From Desulfurococcales archaeon (GTDB lineage: Archaea > Thermoproteota > Thermoprotei_A > Sulfolobales > Desulfurococcaceae): a DNA stretch of 64,000 bases. The stretch's first letter is position 1. The number at the start of each line of letters is the position of its first letter. The position numbers and the translations under genes were made by a program. The stretch spans positions 430,391-494,390 of the forward strand of contig JALVYU010000031.1 in NCBI GenBank assembly GCA_027022365.1, in the 5' to 3' direction. Of this stretch, positions 8,560 to 19,481 are shown piece by piece. Below the pieces are notes generated by a model. It ran no database searches and was not told where the DNA came from. It saw only the letters and a list, made by a program, of their open reading frames with translations.

Positions 8560-9455
8560 AGAAGCACGCTGTATTCATAATAGGTTTCCCACGCACCGCT
8601 ACAACTGGTCTGTATCAGGACATATGTGTTCGTGCACGTGGTTCAATGACTGTAGCGAGATATAGATCGCCTATATGCATTCACGAGCCGTTCAACCCGG
8701 AGGTCGTGGAAGATATACTCGAAAGAGGTGTGCACAGGCACGACCGTGTCGGCGGGGTCATCAATACATATGATCTCCTGCCTCCGGAAATACTCGGGGA
8801 AATAAGGAGCAATGCGGACTGGCTGGAGGGCTTCATGAAGCACGGGGAGCCCTACTTGGGCCGAGGCTGGCGCAGGATCCTCGACAAGCTATTGGAGTAT
8901 GCCGAGAAAAACAACATGTTATTGATAATCAAGGACGTGTATGCCTGGCCCCGTTTAGGGGAGCTGATAAGAATATATGGTGACCGCGCAGTATTCGTTG
9001 TTCCTCTGAGGAACAGATTCTATGTTCTCCGCAGCCTCAGGAGATGGTTAGAGAGAAGAAGCCGCGTGAAATTATTCAGATGGGCTGATCCAAGGAAGCT
9101 CATAGATGCTAGAAGAGTTGTTAGATATATACGGTACTATATACGTTCACGCCGTGTTATTCAAGCAAACCATATGTTTAGTCTCGCACATTTCTTCAAG
9201 TTTTTCTACAGGCGTATACTTGATAATAGCCTGCCCCCACACGTATTGCTGGAGCTGTATCTTCATAGTACGTACAGCATATATGAGGGACTATGTAGAG
9301 CATTCGCTACATGTATTATAAGGCCGGACAGGTTATGCGAAGGAACAAGCACGGGCAGGGTCTTTCCAACAGCGAGAGTTATATCCCCGGTCTTCGAGGA
9401 CAAGCTAGGCGATGAACAGCTGAAAGCCGTGGAGCAACTGGTAATTATGGACTAA
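8556..9455 (+). CDS. Sulfotransferase-like (PAPS-binding P-loop) protein
   Basis: The N-terminal FIIGFPRTATT resembles the 5'-PSB loop; HEPFN and IIKD follow. ATGA overlap with the upstream methyltransferase gene. Confidence 0.6.
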   Translation: MKKHAVFIIGFPRTATTGLYQDICVRARGSMTVARYRSPICIHEPFNPEVVEDILERGVHRHDRVGGVINTYDLLPPEILGEIRSNADWLEGFMKHGEPYLGRGWRRILDKLLEYAEKNNMLLIIKDVYAWPRLGELIRIYGDRAVFVVPLRNRFYVLRSLRRWLERRSRVKLFRWADPRKLIDARRVVRYIRYYIRSRRVIQANHMFSLAHFFKFFYRRILDNSLPPHVLLELYLHSTYSIYEGLCRAFATCIIRPDRLCEGTSTGRVFPTARVISPVFEDKLGDEQLKAVEQLVIMD

Positions 9456-10086
9456 ACAATAATAGAAAGTCACGGATATTCCTCTTATTGCGAGTTCCGG
9501 CGAGGAGATTTTCTGGTCTACGGAGGGTCTAGGTGGACATAGTTGCTTCTTCCACGCTCACCGCTATAACACGGTGTTCTATGCGTTCTTCCTACTCCTC
9601 CGGTAGTGTTTGAGCTGTTGATGCTGAGCACTCTTATCTCTCGTTCCACGGCCATACGGGTTCCTGCGCCGTGCCCCGATCTTTCCAGAGTACTGGCCTG
9701 GACAAGAAGCGCTGAAGCATACTTGGCTGTACCGGGGCACCGGTTCCAGGGGCTCGCTGATCAGGCGCTTCGATGGAGAGCGGCTATACACTGCTGTATC
9801 GGGGCGGCCGTCCGACTTGGCGATCTAGGGCTAGATACGCAATGAGATACTGTTACAGGCCTGTATAACGACGGCTAATAGAAACGCGCGGGCCCTGAGA
9901 CTGTAGTGGCTTTCACTGTTTTTCTCGAGAGGGTTGTTTCTACTATGATTTCGGTGTTTCTATGTAGATGTGTTGCTATTGCCTACGTGTGTTCCTTGTT
10001 TTCTTTGTAGTGAAATAGATATCTTTATTTTGGACATATATCTATTGATATATTCTGGTCGGAGATATCTGCCTAGGTGTCATGAT

Positions 10087-11091
10087 ATGGGTGCTGATCA
10101 AGACAGGTTCGCGATAGTTGTTGAGGGCCTGGTCAAGCGTTACGGCAGGATCGTGGCCGTCGATGGTGTTAGCTTCCGCGTCGGGTACGGCGAGGTATTC
10201 GGCTTCCTCGGGCCTAATGGTGCGGGCAAGACCACTACGATCCACGTGCTGGCCACTCTCCTCCGCCCTGACGGCGGCCGTGTACTAGTTGCTGGCCGTG
10301 ACGTTGTCCGTGACCCGGTGGGTGTCCGTAGGAGTATAGGCGTCGTCTTCCAGGACCCGAGTCTTGACGGCGAGCTGACCGGTTATGAGAACCTGTATCT
10401 TCATGGCAGGATCTATGGTTTGAGGGGTGGTTTGCTGGAGGAGCGTATCAAGGAGATGCTTAGGTTCGTCGAGCTCTGGGAGCACAGGGACAGGCTTGTC
10501 AAGTACTATAGTGGTGGTATGAGGCGCCGCCTAGAGATAGCGCGCGCCCTCCTCCACGGGCCCCGGATACTCTTCCTCGACGAGCCCACCCTCGGCCTCG
10601 ACCCCCAGACCAGAGCCCATATCTGGGACTATATCAGGAGGCTGCGCCGCGAGATGGGCGTCACGGTCTTCCTTACTACACATTATATGGAGGAGGCCGA
10701 GGCCCTGTGCGACCGGATAGCGATAATCGATCACGGCAGGATAATAGCCGAGGGATCGCCTGAGGAGCTGAAGCGGATGGCGGGGAACGATATCGTCTAC
10801 CTCAAGATCAGGGAGGCGAGGCCAGGGGTATGCGGTTTCTTCGAGGATCTGGCCACGGAGTGCAGGGAGCTCCCCGGGGGAAGGATCGCGTTGAAGGTTG
10901 GGGACGCCGTGAAGTCCCTCCCCGGGATACTCCTCAGGGCCCGGGACAGGGGCTTGGAGGTGCTGGAGGCCAGCTATCATAGGCCGAGACTTAACGATGT
11001 CTTCCTATTGCTAACGGGTCGCGAGATCAGGGAGGAGGGCCCCATGGACATGATCAAGGCAGTGGTCATGAGTAGGAGGTGGAGGCGTTGA
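10087..11091 (+). CDS. ABC transporter ATP-binding protein (DrrA-like)
   Basis: GPNGAGKTT, YSGGMRRRLEIA, FLDEPT, TTHYMEEAE. Confidence 0.93.
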   Translation: MGADQDRFAIVVEGLVKRYGRIVAVDGVSFRVGYGEVFGFLGPNGAGKTTTIHVLATLLRPDGGRVLVAGRDVVRDPVGVRRSIGVVFQDPSLDGELTGYENLYLHGRIYGLRGGLLEERIKEMLRFVELWEHRDRLVKYYSGGMRRRLEIARALLHGPRILFLDEPTLGLDPQTRAHIWDYIRRLRREMGVTVFLTTHYMEEAEALCDRIAIIDHGRIIAEGSPEELKRMAGNDIVYLKIREARPGVCGFFEDLATECRELPGGRIALKVGDAVKSLPGILLRARDRGLEVLEASYHRPRLNDVFLLLTGREIREEGPMDMIKAVVMSRRWRR

Positions 11092-11864
11092 GCAAGGCAC
11101 TGGACGCCCTCATAGTCATGGCTTATCGCCAGCTGAAGCGCTTCAGGCGTGGGAGGGCGAGGATAGTCTCCAGCATCGTCAACCCGATCATCTGGATTGT
11201 TTTCTTCGGGCTTGGATGGAGCAATGTCTTCAACTTCCCGATGGCCAGGACGATATTTGGGGGCCTAGACTACCTGTCGTTCCTCACGCCGGGAGTCGTT
11301 GCCATGTCGGTGTTTACGGCGTCTTTCATAGGCGGGATAACCGTTATCTGGGACAAGCAGTTCGGCTTCCTCAAGGAGGTACTGGTGGCGCCGGCGCCCC
11401 GCTGGGCAACAATACTCGGCAGGATAATAGGTGACTCCCTAATAGCCGTGCTCCAGGGACTCATAATACTGGGCCTGAGCTTCCTGGTGGCCCACAGCCT
11501 GAACCCGTGGGGGGTGCCGGCCTCGATACTCTACATGCTGATACTAGGCCTGGCCTTTACCGGGGTAGGCGTGTCGCTCGCACTAAGGATCACGAGCATG
11601 GAGGCCTTCCAGATGATCATAAGCTTCCTCATGCTACCACTAGTATTCCTCAGCGGGGCATTCTACCCGCTCAAATACATGCCGGACTGGATGAAGATAC
11701 TGGCATACGTTAACCCGCTAACCTACACCGTGGACGGGATAAGGTACTGGCTGACAGGAGTATCGAGCTTCAACCCGTACCTCGACCTAGCAGTACTATC
11801 GGGTCTGGCCACGATAGCCGTAGCAGTGGCCGCCAAGCTGTTCAGCAGAGCGACACTGGACTAG
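11088..11864 (+). CDS. ABC-2 type permease (DrrB-like)
   Basis: About 6 TM segments, DKQFGFLKEVLVAP, FLSGAFYP and NPLTY. Translationally coupled to the ATPase. Confidence 0.92.
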   Translation: MSKALDALIVMAYRQLKRFRRGRARIVSSIVNPIIWIVFFGLGWSNVFNFPMARTIFGGLDYLSFLTPGVVAMSVFTASFIGGITVIWDKQFGFLKEVLVAPAPRWATILGRIIGDSLIAVLQGLIILGLSFLVAHSLNPWGVPASILYMLILGLAFTGVGVSLALRITSMEAFQMIISFLMLPLVFLSGAFYPLKYMPDWMKILAYVNPLTYTVDGIRYWLTGVSSFNPYLDLAVLSGLATIAVAVAAKLFSRATLD

Positions 11865-11980
11865 CCGGGCCGGCAGGGAAAAGATGGATATGATCATAGA
11901 AGCTGTTTTTCCTCCCTCCACCAACATACTTCTCCCGGGAAACACGGTGGCTGGAGCGGTGTTATCAGCTGAACCACATG

Positions 11981-12838
11981 CTATGCCGTACCAGTGTTTT
12001 CCCTCACTGAGATATATAGTGCAGATAGGATCATCGCCATGCCTATGATCTGGGGGAACGTGACGTGTTCGTGGAGCAGTATTACCGAGAATACTGTGGC
12101 GAACACAGGCTCTAGGAGGAAGATCATCGCCGTTGCCGCGGGATCCACGTATCTTTGCCCATATGCCTGCAGGATGAACGCCCCGTCAGCACATGCAACC
12201 GCCAAGTAGGCTATGACAAGCATTACATCGGGCGTGATTCTTGGCGGACCATATATGAGGAGAGCCGGGACTAGGAAGAGCGTGCTGGGCACGAGCTCCG
12301 CGTACGTGAATGCTATGGGGTCCCTCGGCTTGTACTTGTCGATCAATATTATCTGGGCCGCCCACATAATGGCTCCCAGGAGGACTAGGGTGTCGCCAAG
12401 CCCGAAGCCTCCCCCGGGACTGGTTAGGAGGTAGAGGCCTGCAATGCTTAGGGCTAGGCTCGATGCGAGCCTCCAGCCATACCTTCTCCCCGCCACCGCC
12501 ACGTAGATGTGGACGAAGACAACGTTGAGGCCGGTTATGAAGGCCGAGTTGCTCGCTGTAGTGTATCTTGTCCCCCATCCCTGGAGCCACAGGCCTAGAG
12601 CGAAAGCTATTCCTGTGGCGAGGCCTCCCCGGACACTATCCCCTAGATCCCAGCTTCTGCGAACCCCTAGAACTACGTAGGGAGCGAGGACGGTGGCCGC
12701 TATGAGGCTTCTCAGCCATACATACGTCATAGGATCAACTGTGTCCACCACTACCTTTATCCCGGGGAAACTGCTGCCCCACAGCAGGACAGTCCCTAGC
12801 AGCGCCGCTATACCTAAGAGTCTCTTGTCCCTGCTCAA
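11981..12838 (-). CDS. DMT/EamA family transporter
   Basis: About 10 TM segments, LLWGSSF, YTTASNSAFITGL and LLEPVFA. Confidence 0.9.
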   Translation of the reverse strand: MSRDKRLLGIAALLGTVLLWGSSFPGIKVVVDTVDPMTYVWLRSLIAATVLAPYVVLGVRRSWDLGDSVRGGLATGIAFALGLWLQGWGTRYTTASNSAFITGLNVVFVHIYVAVAGRRYGWRLASSLALSIAGLYLLTSPGGGFGLGDTLVLLGAIMWAAQIILIDKYKPRDPIAFTYAELVPSTLFLVPALLIYGPPRITPDVMLVIAYLAVACADGAFILQAYGQRYVDPAATAMIFLLEPVFATVFSVILLHEHVTFPQIIGMAMILSALYISVRENTGTA

Positions 12839-13005
12839 CAGACATCATCACGTATTATGAGAGGCCTTCTCCCGACTAATAATGATGACGTGGTGGCCCA
12901 AGAGGCTTTGTAGGATGGGAGAATTGACGTGTTATGGCCTACTCGTGGATGATCGTTGGAGATAAAAAATATTATGTTGGACGCCATGCTACGTGGTTTT
13001 GGCTG

Positions 13006-13569
13006 TCAGAAATCCCAGGGTTCCATTGGGGGCGAGTAGTTGAACCTAAAGACTATGCAGCTATCATTGATTCTCTCGGCGGAGCAGTATATTTCGTCGT
13101 AGAAGTCGAGGATGGGGTATACCTCGTCGTGTGCGAAGATATATGTTTCCTCATCCCTAGCCTTTATCTCTATGTCCGTGACTATCAGCCTTTCGAAAGG
13201 CTTGATCATCCCGCTGATCTCTACGTCATCTGTATGCATGGAGAGTATCTTGTCTATTATCTCGTTTACCTCGGTATCGTATATGTGGCCGAAATAGTAG
13301 TCCCCGATCGTTATCCGCAGAAACGCTGTCAGGAGGGATAGCTCGTAGGGGGTGAGCCAGTGGAAGTGGAGCACGGTCTCCGCAGTGGTTTTCCTGAAGA
13401 CTTTCTCCAGGTCCTGGAGTAGATCTCCCGGCACGTTTCTCCCTATCTTCTCCCGTACTACCTCGTACACGGTCTTGGATACTTTCTTCTTCATGACCCC
13501 CTTGATCTCGCTGACTGCTTCATCGTCGAGGAATGGCCCGGCAGAGACTAGTCCTGACACGGCATGCAC
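13006..13569 (-). CDS. Hypothetical protein
   Basis: 187-aa ORF with natural composition; no motif recognised. Confidence 0.6.
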   Translation of the reverse strand: MHAVSGLVSAGPFLDDEAVSEIKGVMKKKVSKTVYEVVREKIGRNVPGDLLQDLEKVFRKTTAETVLHFHWLTPYELSLLTAFLRITIGDYYFGHIYDTEVNEIIDKILSMHTDDVEISGMIKPFERLIVTDIEIKARDEETYIFAHDEVYPILDFYDEIYCSAERINDSCIVFRFNYSPPMEPWDF

Positions 13570-13641
13570 CGAGAAACTAGTTATTGGTAATACACATTAT
13601 ATCTGTTATGTATTATTAAACAGTTTCTTTACACAATAAAC

Positions 13642-13661
13642 GTTATCGGAGCTCCGATAAC
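13642..13661. promoter_or_regulatory. Perfect 20-bp palindrome GTTATCGGAGCTCCGATAAC (GTTAT-N10-ATAAC), putative operator
   Basis: Intergenic, upstream of 13006-13569. Same half-sites and spacing as the sites at 18309-18328 and 21887-21906. Confidence 0.5.
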
Positions 13662-13738
13662 TTGTTGCTAGATCCTTATCAATGATACAGATAGCTGAAC
13701 AAAAAATACATAGGGGCGAGAAGCCCCAATGATAGATG

Positions 13739-15698
13739 CTATCGCCTCCGCCGAGCAACCAGTAATGTTATGATCAGCGTCGCCGATCCGGCTATGCCGA
13801 TAACGATGAGTGGAGCGGGGAACCGGCTCGACATATGTGTCGTCGCTGCTACTGGAGAGCTACTCTGTGGGGGGCTACTCGTGGTGGGCCCGCTTATCGG
13901 CTGAGACATAGTTTTGCCGGCGGTGGACGTTGTGCTTTCCTGGCTGGTCGTTGATGTCTGTTTGCTAGCTGCTTGGGTCTCCGTACCTGTGCCGGGGTGT
14001 TTTGTGATCGTTGTCTCGGCTGGTTTTGGAGGCGTTATCTGCCCGCCATTGTTCAGCGTCGCTATTTCCTCTGCTCCAGTCTCTCCGGCTATCCTGTAGG
14101 CTGTAGCCTCGATTATTGCCTCGATGTTTTCCCTGTAGTTTTTGAGGGCTTTGACCGGGTCGTTGCCTGCTCCGATGCTGTATAGTGTCTTTATGAAACT
14201 GTTTGTAACCTCCGAGAAGAGGTTGTCAAGCGCGTCCGCCCTGTAGCCGGGATCCATGGCCTTGGGGTTTTGGAGCATCCATAGGTATGCTAGCCTATAA
14301 TCGATCGCCACGACTAGCGTGCTGTTGTTTCCTAGCTTGGCGGGCGGTAATGGTGCTGGTGGGGCGTTGCTGTACGTGATATTCGTGTCCGTGGTGTTGA
14401 GCTGCGGCGGCGTGGAAAGATCTAGTATGGCGTAGCTCACCCCATCCGGCTTCGGTGCATTGCCTAGGGCGTGGGCTGGGAGCGCTACCTGGAGGTCTCC
14501 GCCCGCAATGGGTAGGGGCGAGTCCTTGTAGACCCACATCAGCATTACTGTGGATCCGAGTGTATGGTCTGCCTGTATCTGGATGAACGCGTTGTTCTCT
14601 GCGATTATTTTCTGGAGGAGCAACGAGTCGTTTGTCTCGATGTATCTTGTCAGGGCTTCTTCTAGCTGGCTCTCCGTGTTATTGTATAGTTTTTCCTCGG
14701 GGCATACCTGGAGCGATGGATGGCCCGGGAACCACACATTTATAACTGGGCCTATAGCGCTAGCCTGCACCGGGTCTACTTTTACGGGCAGGCCTAAATA
14801 GGTTACGTTATAAGTGGTTAAATATTCCTAGTCCGAGGGTTTTCTCAGCCAGCCCTATGATTGCCTCGGGGTTGCTTGAGTTCACTGCCTCCCTGGCTTG
14901 CTCGACGAGCGTGTCGAGGAGGCTCTTGTCCTGGATGATCCTGTCAATCCTCATGGTCACGTTCCTATAGGTTCCGTAAAGGATACCTGTTAGGTCGAGG
15001 CTCTCGTCCGCTAGTGAGAAGTACCCTAGGCTGCGCCACCCGCCCCTGTACCAGTAGTAGGCGTGCCAGTTACGCATGTTTATGAGGAACTCTGCCGTGA
15101 TATTATACGTCGTTAGCGGCTGTTGTAGGTAGGCGTATGCTGCGTAGTATAGTCTCATCTCGAGCTCGAAGTAGGTCGTGTTGACGTACTTGTAGATAAA
15201 CACCGTTTCCGCGGGACTCAGTACGAGCGGTGCTCCGCCGGAAACGTATTGTTTGATCGGATAGAGAACCTTCACGTCCACGAATAACGCGTGATCAGGG
15301 CTGCTGACATACTATGTCCTCACATCCTTGACCACTATGTTATCCGTCCTCGTGCTTCCCAGCACTTCTATCTGATAAGCTACCTCGTGTACGACGGTCC
15401 CATTGGGGAGGCTTAGATCAGAGCTGTAGGAGCCCGTGAAGCAGTGGAGCAGCGGCTCCACGGACTGGGCACTACCCGCTGCCCCGCCTGGGTTCACGCT
15501 CGGAACTCGATGGTCTTCTGTGAGATAGTAGAGCATTGCCCCAACGTACTCGTTCTCCGTCGTGACGACTATATAGGGGCCCTGCCCTGCCTGGGCATAT
15601 GCTGTGGTTGTGCCTGTTAAGGGGATGATTAGTCCTGCTACGAGGATAAGCACGGCTGTCAAGGCCAATATATTTAGGAGGATATGTATGAACAACAC
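13739..15698 (-). pseudogene. Disrupted membrane-anchored cell-surface protein (about 650 aa)
   Basis: Three consecutive ORFs: a signal-peptide part, an in-frame TAG at 15312-15314 (KDVRT*YVSSPD), a frameshift near 14815, then an S/T-rich linker, TM helix and RRRR tail. Confidence 0.75.
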
Positions 15699-15862
15699 CT
15701 CCAGCGTGCTCCGGTAGAACTAGTATGCGGCGCCAATAATATGTTTTTCCCACCAAGAAAGGGGCGGGGGAGGAGGAAAACCCTTAAAAACACTATCTAA
15801 CACCAGGAACACCCGAGCAGAAGAGATCCTGTGGTCCACTCCTCCAAACAGGGTAAGCGCCC

Positions 15863-16876
15863 ATGGAGACGGCTGTGCCGGCACGCCATTACCAGCGGGT
15901 GGGAGTCCTCGCCGAGTGCATGGTGTGCGAGCGCGGCTGCAAGATACCGGTCGATGGCAGGGGGTATTGCCGGAACCGGGTGAACAGGGGTGGCAGGCTC
16001 TACTACATGTTCTACGGGTGCCTGAGCGCGCTGGAGCCGCGGCCTATAGAGGTTAAGCCTCTATATCACTACTATCCCGGCACGTACACGTTGACGTACT
16101 CTGGATACGGATGCAATTTCCCCTGTCCATGGTGCCAGAACTGGGGGCTTAGCAAAACAGACCCCTCTACCATGCCCTACACCTACGTCTCACCGGAAGA
16201 GCTGGTGGAGAGAGCTGTCAGGGCTGGCTGTAGAGGCGTCTGCGCCAGCTTCAATGAGCCGACGATCCATCTAGAATACGTCTTAGACGTGACGGGGGAA
16301 GCGGTGAGGGAGAACCTCTACTCCTGCATAGTGACCAACGGATACATGAGCTTGGCGAGCCTCAAAGACATGCTGGAGGCGGGCATCACGGGCTACAGCA
16401 TAGATATCAAGGGCTGCCCAGAAACCTACAGGAGATTCCTTGGGGCGGACCCAGAGATAGTTTATAGGAACGCCAAATACATCCTCAGCCGTGGAGGACA
16501 CGTCGAGATGGTTTACCTAGTTGTGCCGGGAGCTAATGATTGGGGCGAGTGCGTGGACTACGTGCTCTCGAGGCACGCCGACCTCCTAGGAGAAGAGACG
16601 CCTCTCCACATAAACAGATACTACCCCGCATACATGTACCGGGAACCCCCGACACCCGTTGAGAAGCTCCTCGAGATCAGGGATAAGGCCATGAGGGAAT
16701 ACAACATAAAATACGTCTACGTCGGGAACACAAGTCTCCACGAGCTACAGGACACGGTCTGCCCGAGATGCGGTAAGAAGCTCATTGTAAGGAGGCCTGG
16801 ATACGTAGAAGTGAAAACAACCAGTGATTACCGGTGCCCAAGGTGTGGGGAGAAGATCCCAGTATACTGTGGATGA
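15863..16876 (+). CDS. AmmeMemoRadiSam-type radical SAM enzyme (PflA-like)
   Basis: GCNFPCPWCQNW (CxxxCxxC), PIEVKPLYHYYPG, FNEPT and C-terminal CxxC pairs. Confidence 0.9.
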   Translation: METAVPARHYQRVGVLAECMVCERGCKIPVDGRGYCRNRVNRGGRLYYMFYGCLSALEPRPIEVKPLYHYYPGTYTLTYSGYGCNFPCPWCQNWGLSKTDPSTMPYTYVSPEELVERAVRAGCRGVCASFNEPTIHLEYVLDVTGEAVRENLYSCIVTNGYMSLASLKDMLEAGITGYSIDIKGCPETYRRFLGADPEIVYRNAKYILSRGGHVEMVYLVVPGANDWGECVDYVLSRHADLLGEETPLHINRYYPAYMYREPPTPVEKLLEIRDKAMREYNIKYVYVGNTSLHELQDTVCPRCGKKLIVRRPGYVEVKTTSDYRCPRCGEKIPVYCG

Positions 16877-16911
16877 AAGTGGATAGGAAAACCTGTATGT
16901 TTCGAATATAC

Positions 16912-18261
16912 CTAGCCGGCGAGGGATCTTATTATTTCCACTACTTTCACCGGATCCTCCCCCAGCACTCTGATCATGGGTTCTCTAGCATAGTCTCCAT
17001 GATCATAGATGATGTCCGGGACCCTCCCAGTCTCCTTTACGGCTTCGCCGAGGATCCATGGTATCGATGACCCCTCCACTTTCTTCACATCCATGGGCTC
17101 CACGCGCCTATCCACATAACAGATGCTGTACCCCTTCTCCCTGGCTCTCTCCACCAGCCTCTCATCATACCTTATGTTCGCGGCCGCACGTATCCTCGGA
17201 TCATATCTCTGAGCAGCCAGCACTAGTCTCGCCATATGGCTTGAGGCACCAAACCTTATCATGCCGTGAACAACTGGCCTGTTTATTCCCCTTGTTATTC
17301 TGCCCTCGACCCCGGCGACGTCACGTACTGTGCGGGCGTAGAGGGCTGGGAGACTATAAACTATGTTTGTGCCGACCTCCGGTACCAGGTTGTTCGCTCC
17401 CGGTATCCCGAGGAACATCCTGACCGCTTCCTCGAGGAGCGATAATACCCTGTATTTCTCCGCAGGGATCCATATCCATGCCGCGGGGTTGACTGGCCCG
17501 TGGCCGCGGCCTATTGGTAGGCTGTACTTTATCGCTGTTGTTATGAATTCCTTGGCTTTCCCCACGGCTTCCACTAGGCCGTAGTTCTTGGCTAGTAGCG
17601 CCGTTATCGCCGCGGAGAAACTGCATCCCGTTCCATGCGTATTCTTTGTCTCGATTCTTTCTGCTTTGAAGTAGTAGTGTCTTCCACGGTAATAGAGTAC
17701 GTCGACGGATTCGCTGCCGCCAAGGTGCCCGCCCTTCACGACCGCTGCTTCCGCCCCGTGCTTCTCGACTATTGTTCTCGCGGCCTCCATCATGTCCTCT
17801 AGGCCGTTGATCCTCATGCCTGATAGGATCTCTGCCTCGGGGATATTTGGCGTAACCAGCACTGCTCTCGGCAACAACTCCCTGATGAGAGCATCAATAG
17901 CGTCTTCGCGTAAGAGCCTAGCACCACTCTTAGCAACCATTACAGGGTCTACTACCAGGGGGAACCCGAGTTCTTCAACTGTCTCCGCCACCGCATGTAT
18001 TATCTCCTTGTTGCTCAGCATCCCCGTCTTCCCCGCGTCTATCCCCGTGTCGCGGTAGACCACCCTGATCTGCTCGGCCACAATCTCCGGGGGCAGATCG
18101 TGTATCATTGTGACCTCGTAGGTGTTCTGCGCCGTCACGCTCGTTATGGCTACTGCACCATGTACCCCTAGGGCCATGAACGTCTTGAGGTCTGCCTCGA
18201 TACCAGCCCCTCCACCACTGTCTGACCCGGCTATAGTTATAGCTACGGGTACGGCTCTCAT
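16912..18261 (-). CDS. thiD: Bifunctional HMP/HMP-P kinase with C-terminal ThiN domain (ThiDN)
   Basis: [30 protein letters not shown] and HGTGC; ThiN-like [15 protein letters not shown] and EPMI. Confidence 0.93.
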   Translation of the reverse strand: MRAVPVAITIAGSDSGGGAGIEADLKTFMALGVHGAVAITSVTAQNTYEVTMIHDLPPEIVAEQIRVVYRDTGIDAGKTGMLSNKEIIHAVAETVEELGFPLVVDPVMVAKSGARLLREDAIDALIRELLPRAVLVTPNIPEAEILSGMRINGLEDMMEAARTIVEKHGAEAAVVKGGHLGGSESVDVLYYRGRHYYFKAERIETKNTHGTGCSFSAAITALLAKNYGLVEAVGKAKEFITTAIKYSLPIGRGHGPVNPAAWIWIPAEKYRVLSLLEEAVRMFLGIPGANNLVPEVGTNIVYSLPALYARTVRDVAGVEGRITRGINRPVVHGMIRFGASSHMARLVLAAQRYDPRIRAAANIRYDERLVERAREKGYSICYVDRRVEPMDVKKVEGSSIPWILGEAVKETGRVPDIIYDHGDYAREPMIRVLGEDPVKVVEIIRSLAG

Positions 18262-18298
18262 AGTCTCGCACCATTATATAGAGTTGTGGCTACCGGCG

Positions 18299-18329
18299 TA
18301 ATAACCTTGTTATCCAGGAATTGATAACC
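18299..18329. promoter_or_regulatory. Putative operator upstream of thiDN
   Basis: TAATAACCTTGTTATCCAGGAATTGATAACC; 25/31 identical to 21877-21907. Confidence 0.6.
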
Positions 18330-18576
18330 CTATTAATAATTCGTTTATCATACGAACACCCGTACAAGTACTCTGGCCAGAACCGAAGACCACTCGACCC
18401 AATACCGGCCCCTATAGCTCTATCCCCACATATTCACCCGTTTCCACCGCGGAACAACAGGGCTCATCCGCCGTCGTGAGGGCATGAATAGCTATGCGTT
18501 GCTTCATTGTTGCGTGGACATGGTTGCCGGATAGCTTATATTGGTTACCCCCTGATCATAGAGTGGATGACCCGCC

Positions 18577-19296
18577 TTGAACAACGTTGAGCTTTTCAGG
18601 AAGGGTCTCGAGAAGATCCATGAAGGATCAATCGGTATGGCCGTAGCTTCATTACTATCCGTTATAGGAGTTGCGCCTGTATTTGTCTCGGCGCCGTTCT
18701 CACTAAAGATCAGGGTCAGTGTATCGGCCACAGGCCCGCAGGTTCTCCGTCTACCTCCGTTATTTCAGGACTTCATAACAGGTATTCTGGTGCTCGTGGG
18801 CATAATAGCAGTTATTGGCGGCGCCCTATTCCTCATATTCAGTACCGGCTATGTCGTGCCGGGTTATAGGATGGTTAACGCGGGGTCCGGGCATAGGTAT
18901 AGTCCGCAGTACAAGCTGTTATCTGTAGGTTTGTCCCTCACGAGTGTAGCGGAGATCATTATTGGCGCCGCGATAGCCTCGCTCGGGACGGGCCAAATTT
19001 TTGGATCAATGCTTCAGCATGAAATCCTCGAGTACACGGTACTACTGGGCGTTCTCGCCACGGTATTGTTCGTGTTCAGGCTCGTCGGCTACCTAGGGAC
19101 GGGGCTGTTCCTAATACAATTATACAATAGATACAATGACGCGCTATTACTAGCCACGGGAATACTGTTCATAGTCGCTATTCCCCTACCCCTCATAGGC
19201 TTCATAGCATGGGTATTGACGGCCATAGCGGCTCGCCAGTTAATGGAAAGAATAAGCCAGAGCTCCAGACAAGAGCCCCTGACCACTTATTCCTAG
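18577..19296 (+). CDS. Membrane protein, DUF973-like
   Basis: About 5 TM segments. The N-terminal GLEKIHEG and C-terminal LIGFIAWVL patterns resemble crenarchaeal DUF973. Confidence 0.6.
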   Translation: MNNVELFRKGLEKIHEGSIGMAVASLLSVIGVAPVFVSAPFSLKIRVSVSATGPQVLRLPPLFQDFITGILVLVGIIAVIGGALFLIFSTGYVVPGYRMVNAGSGHRYSPQYKLLSVGLSLTSVAEIIIGAAIASLGTGQIFGSMLQHEILEYTVLLGVLATVLFVFRLVGYLGTGLFLIQLYNRYNDALLLATGILFIVAIPLPLIGFIAWVLTAIAARQLMERISQSSRQEPLTTYS

Positions 19297-19481
19297 GAAG
19301 AACTAATGATGTACACGGGATCTCAGGATCAGAGGGCTTCGTGGCGGTTCTTCACTGTGTGAATAGATGCGCCTAAATAATATAATAATATGTATTATAC
19401 ACACGTGAATGCCCTAGGATCGCCCTGCACATTACATACTTTATTTTCTGATAAAACTCTATAGATAGTATACGTGTTTAG

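Noticed and set aside
9470-9970. Possible degraded gene between the sulfotransferase and the ABC transporter
   Set aside because: Fragments look protein-like but no family is recognisable and no frame is consistent.
12934-13341. 135-aa plus-strand ORF
   Set aside because: Antisense shadow of 13006-13569, which has the more natural composition. Other nested or antisense ORFs were dropped for the same reason.
15312-15314. In-frame TAG as pyrrolysine or readthrough recoding
   Set aside because: The same gene also has a frameshift and no pyl genes are visible; pseudogenisation is simpler.
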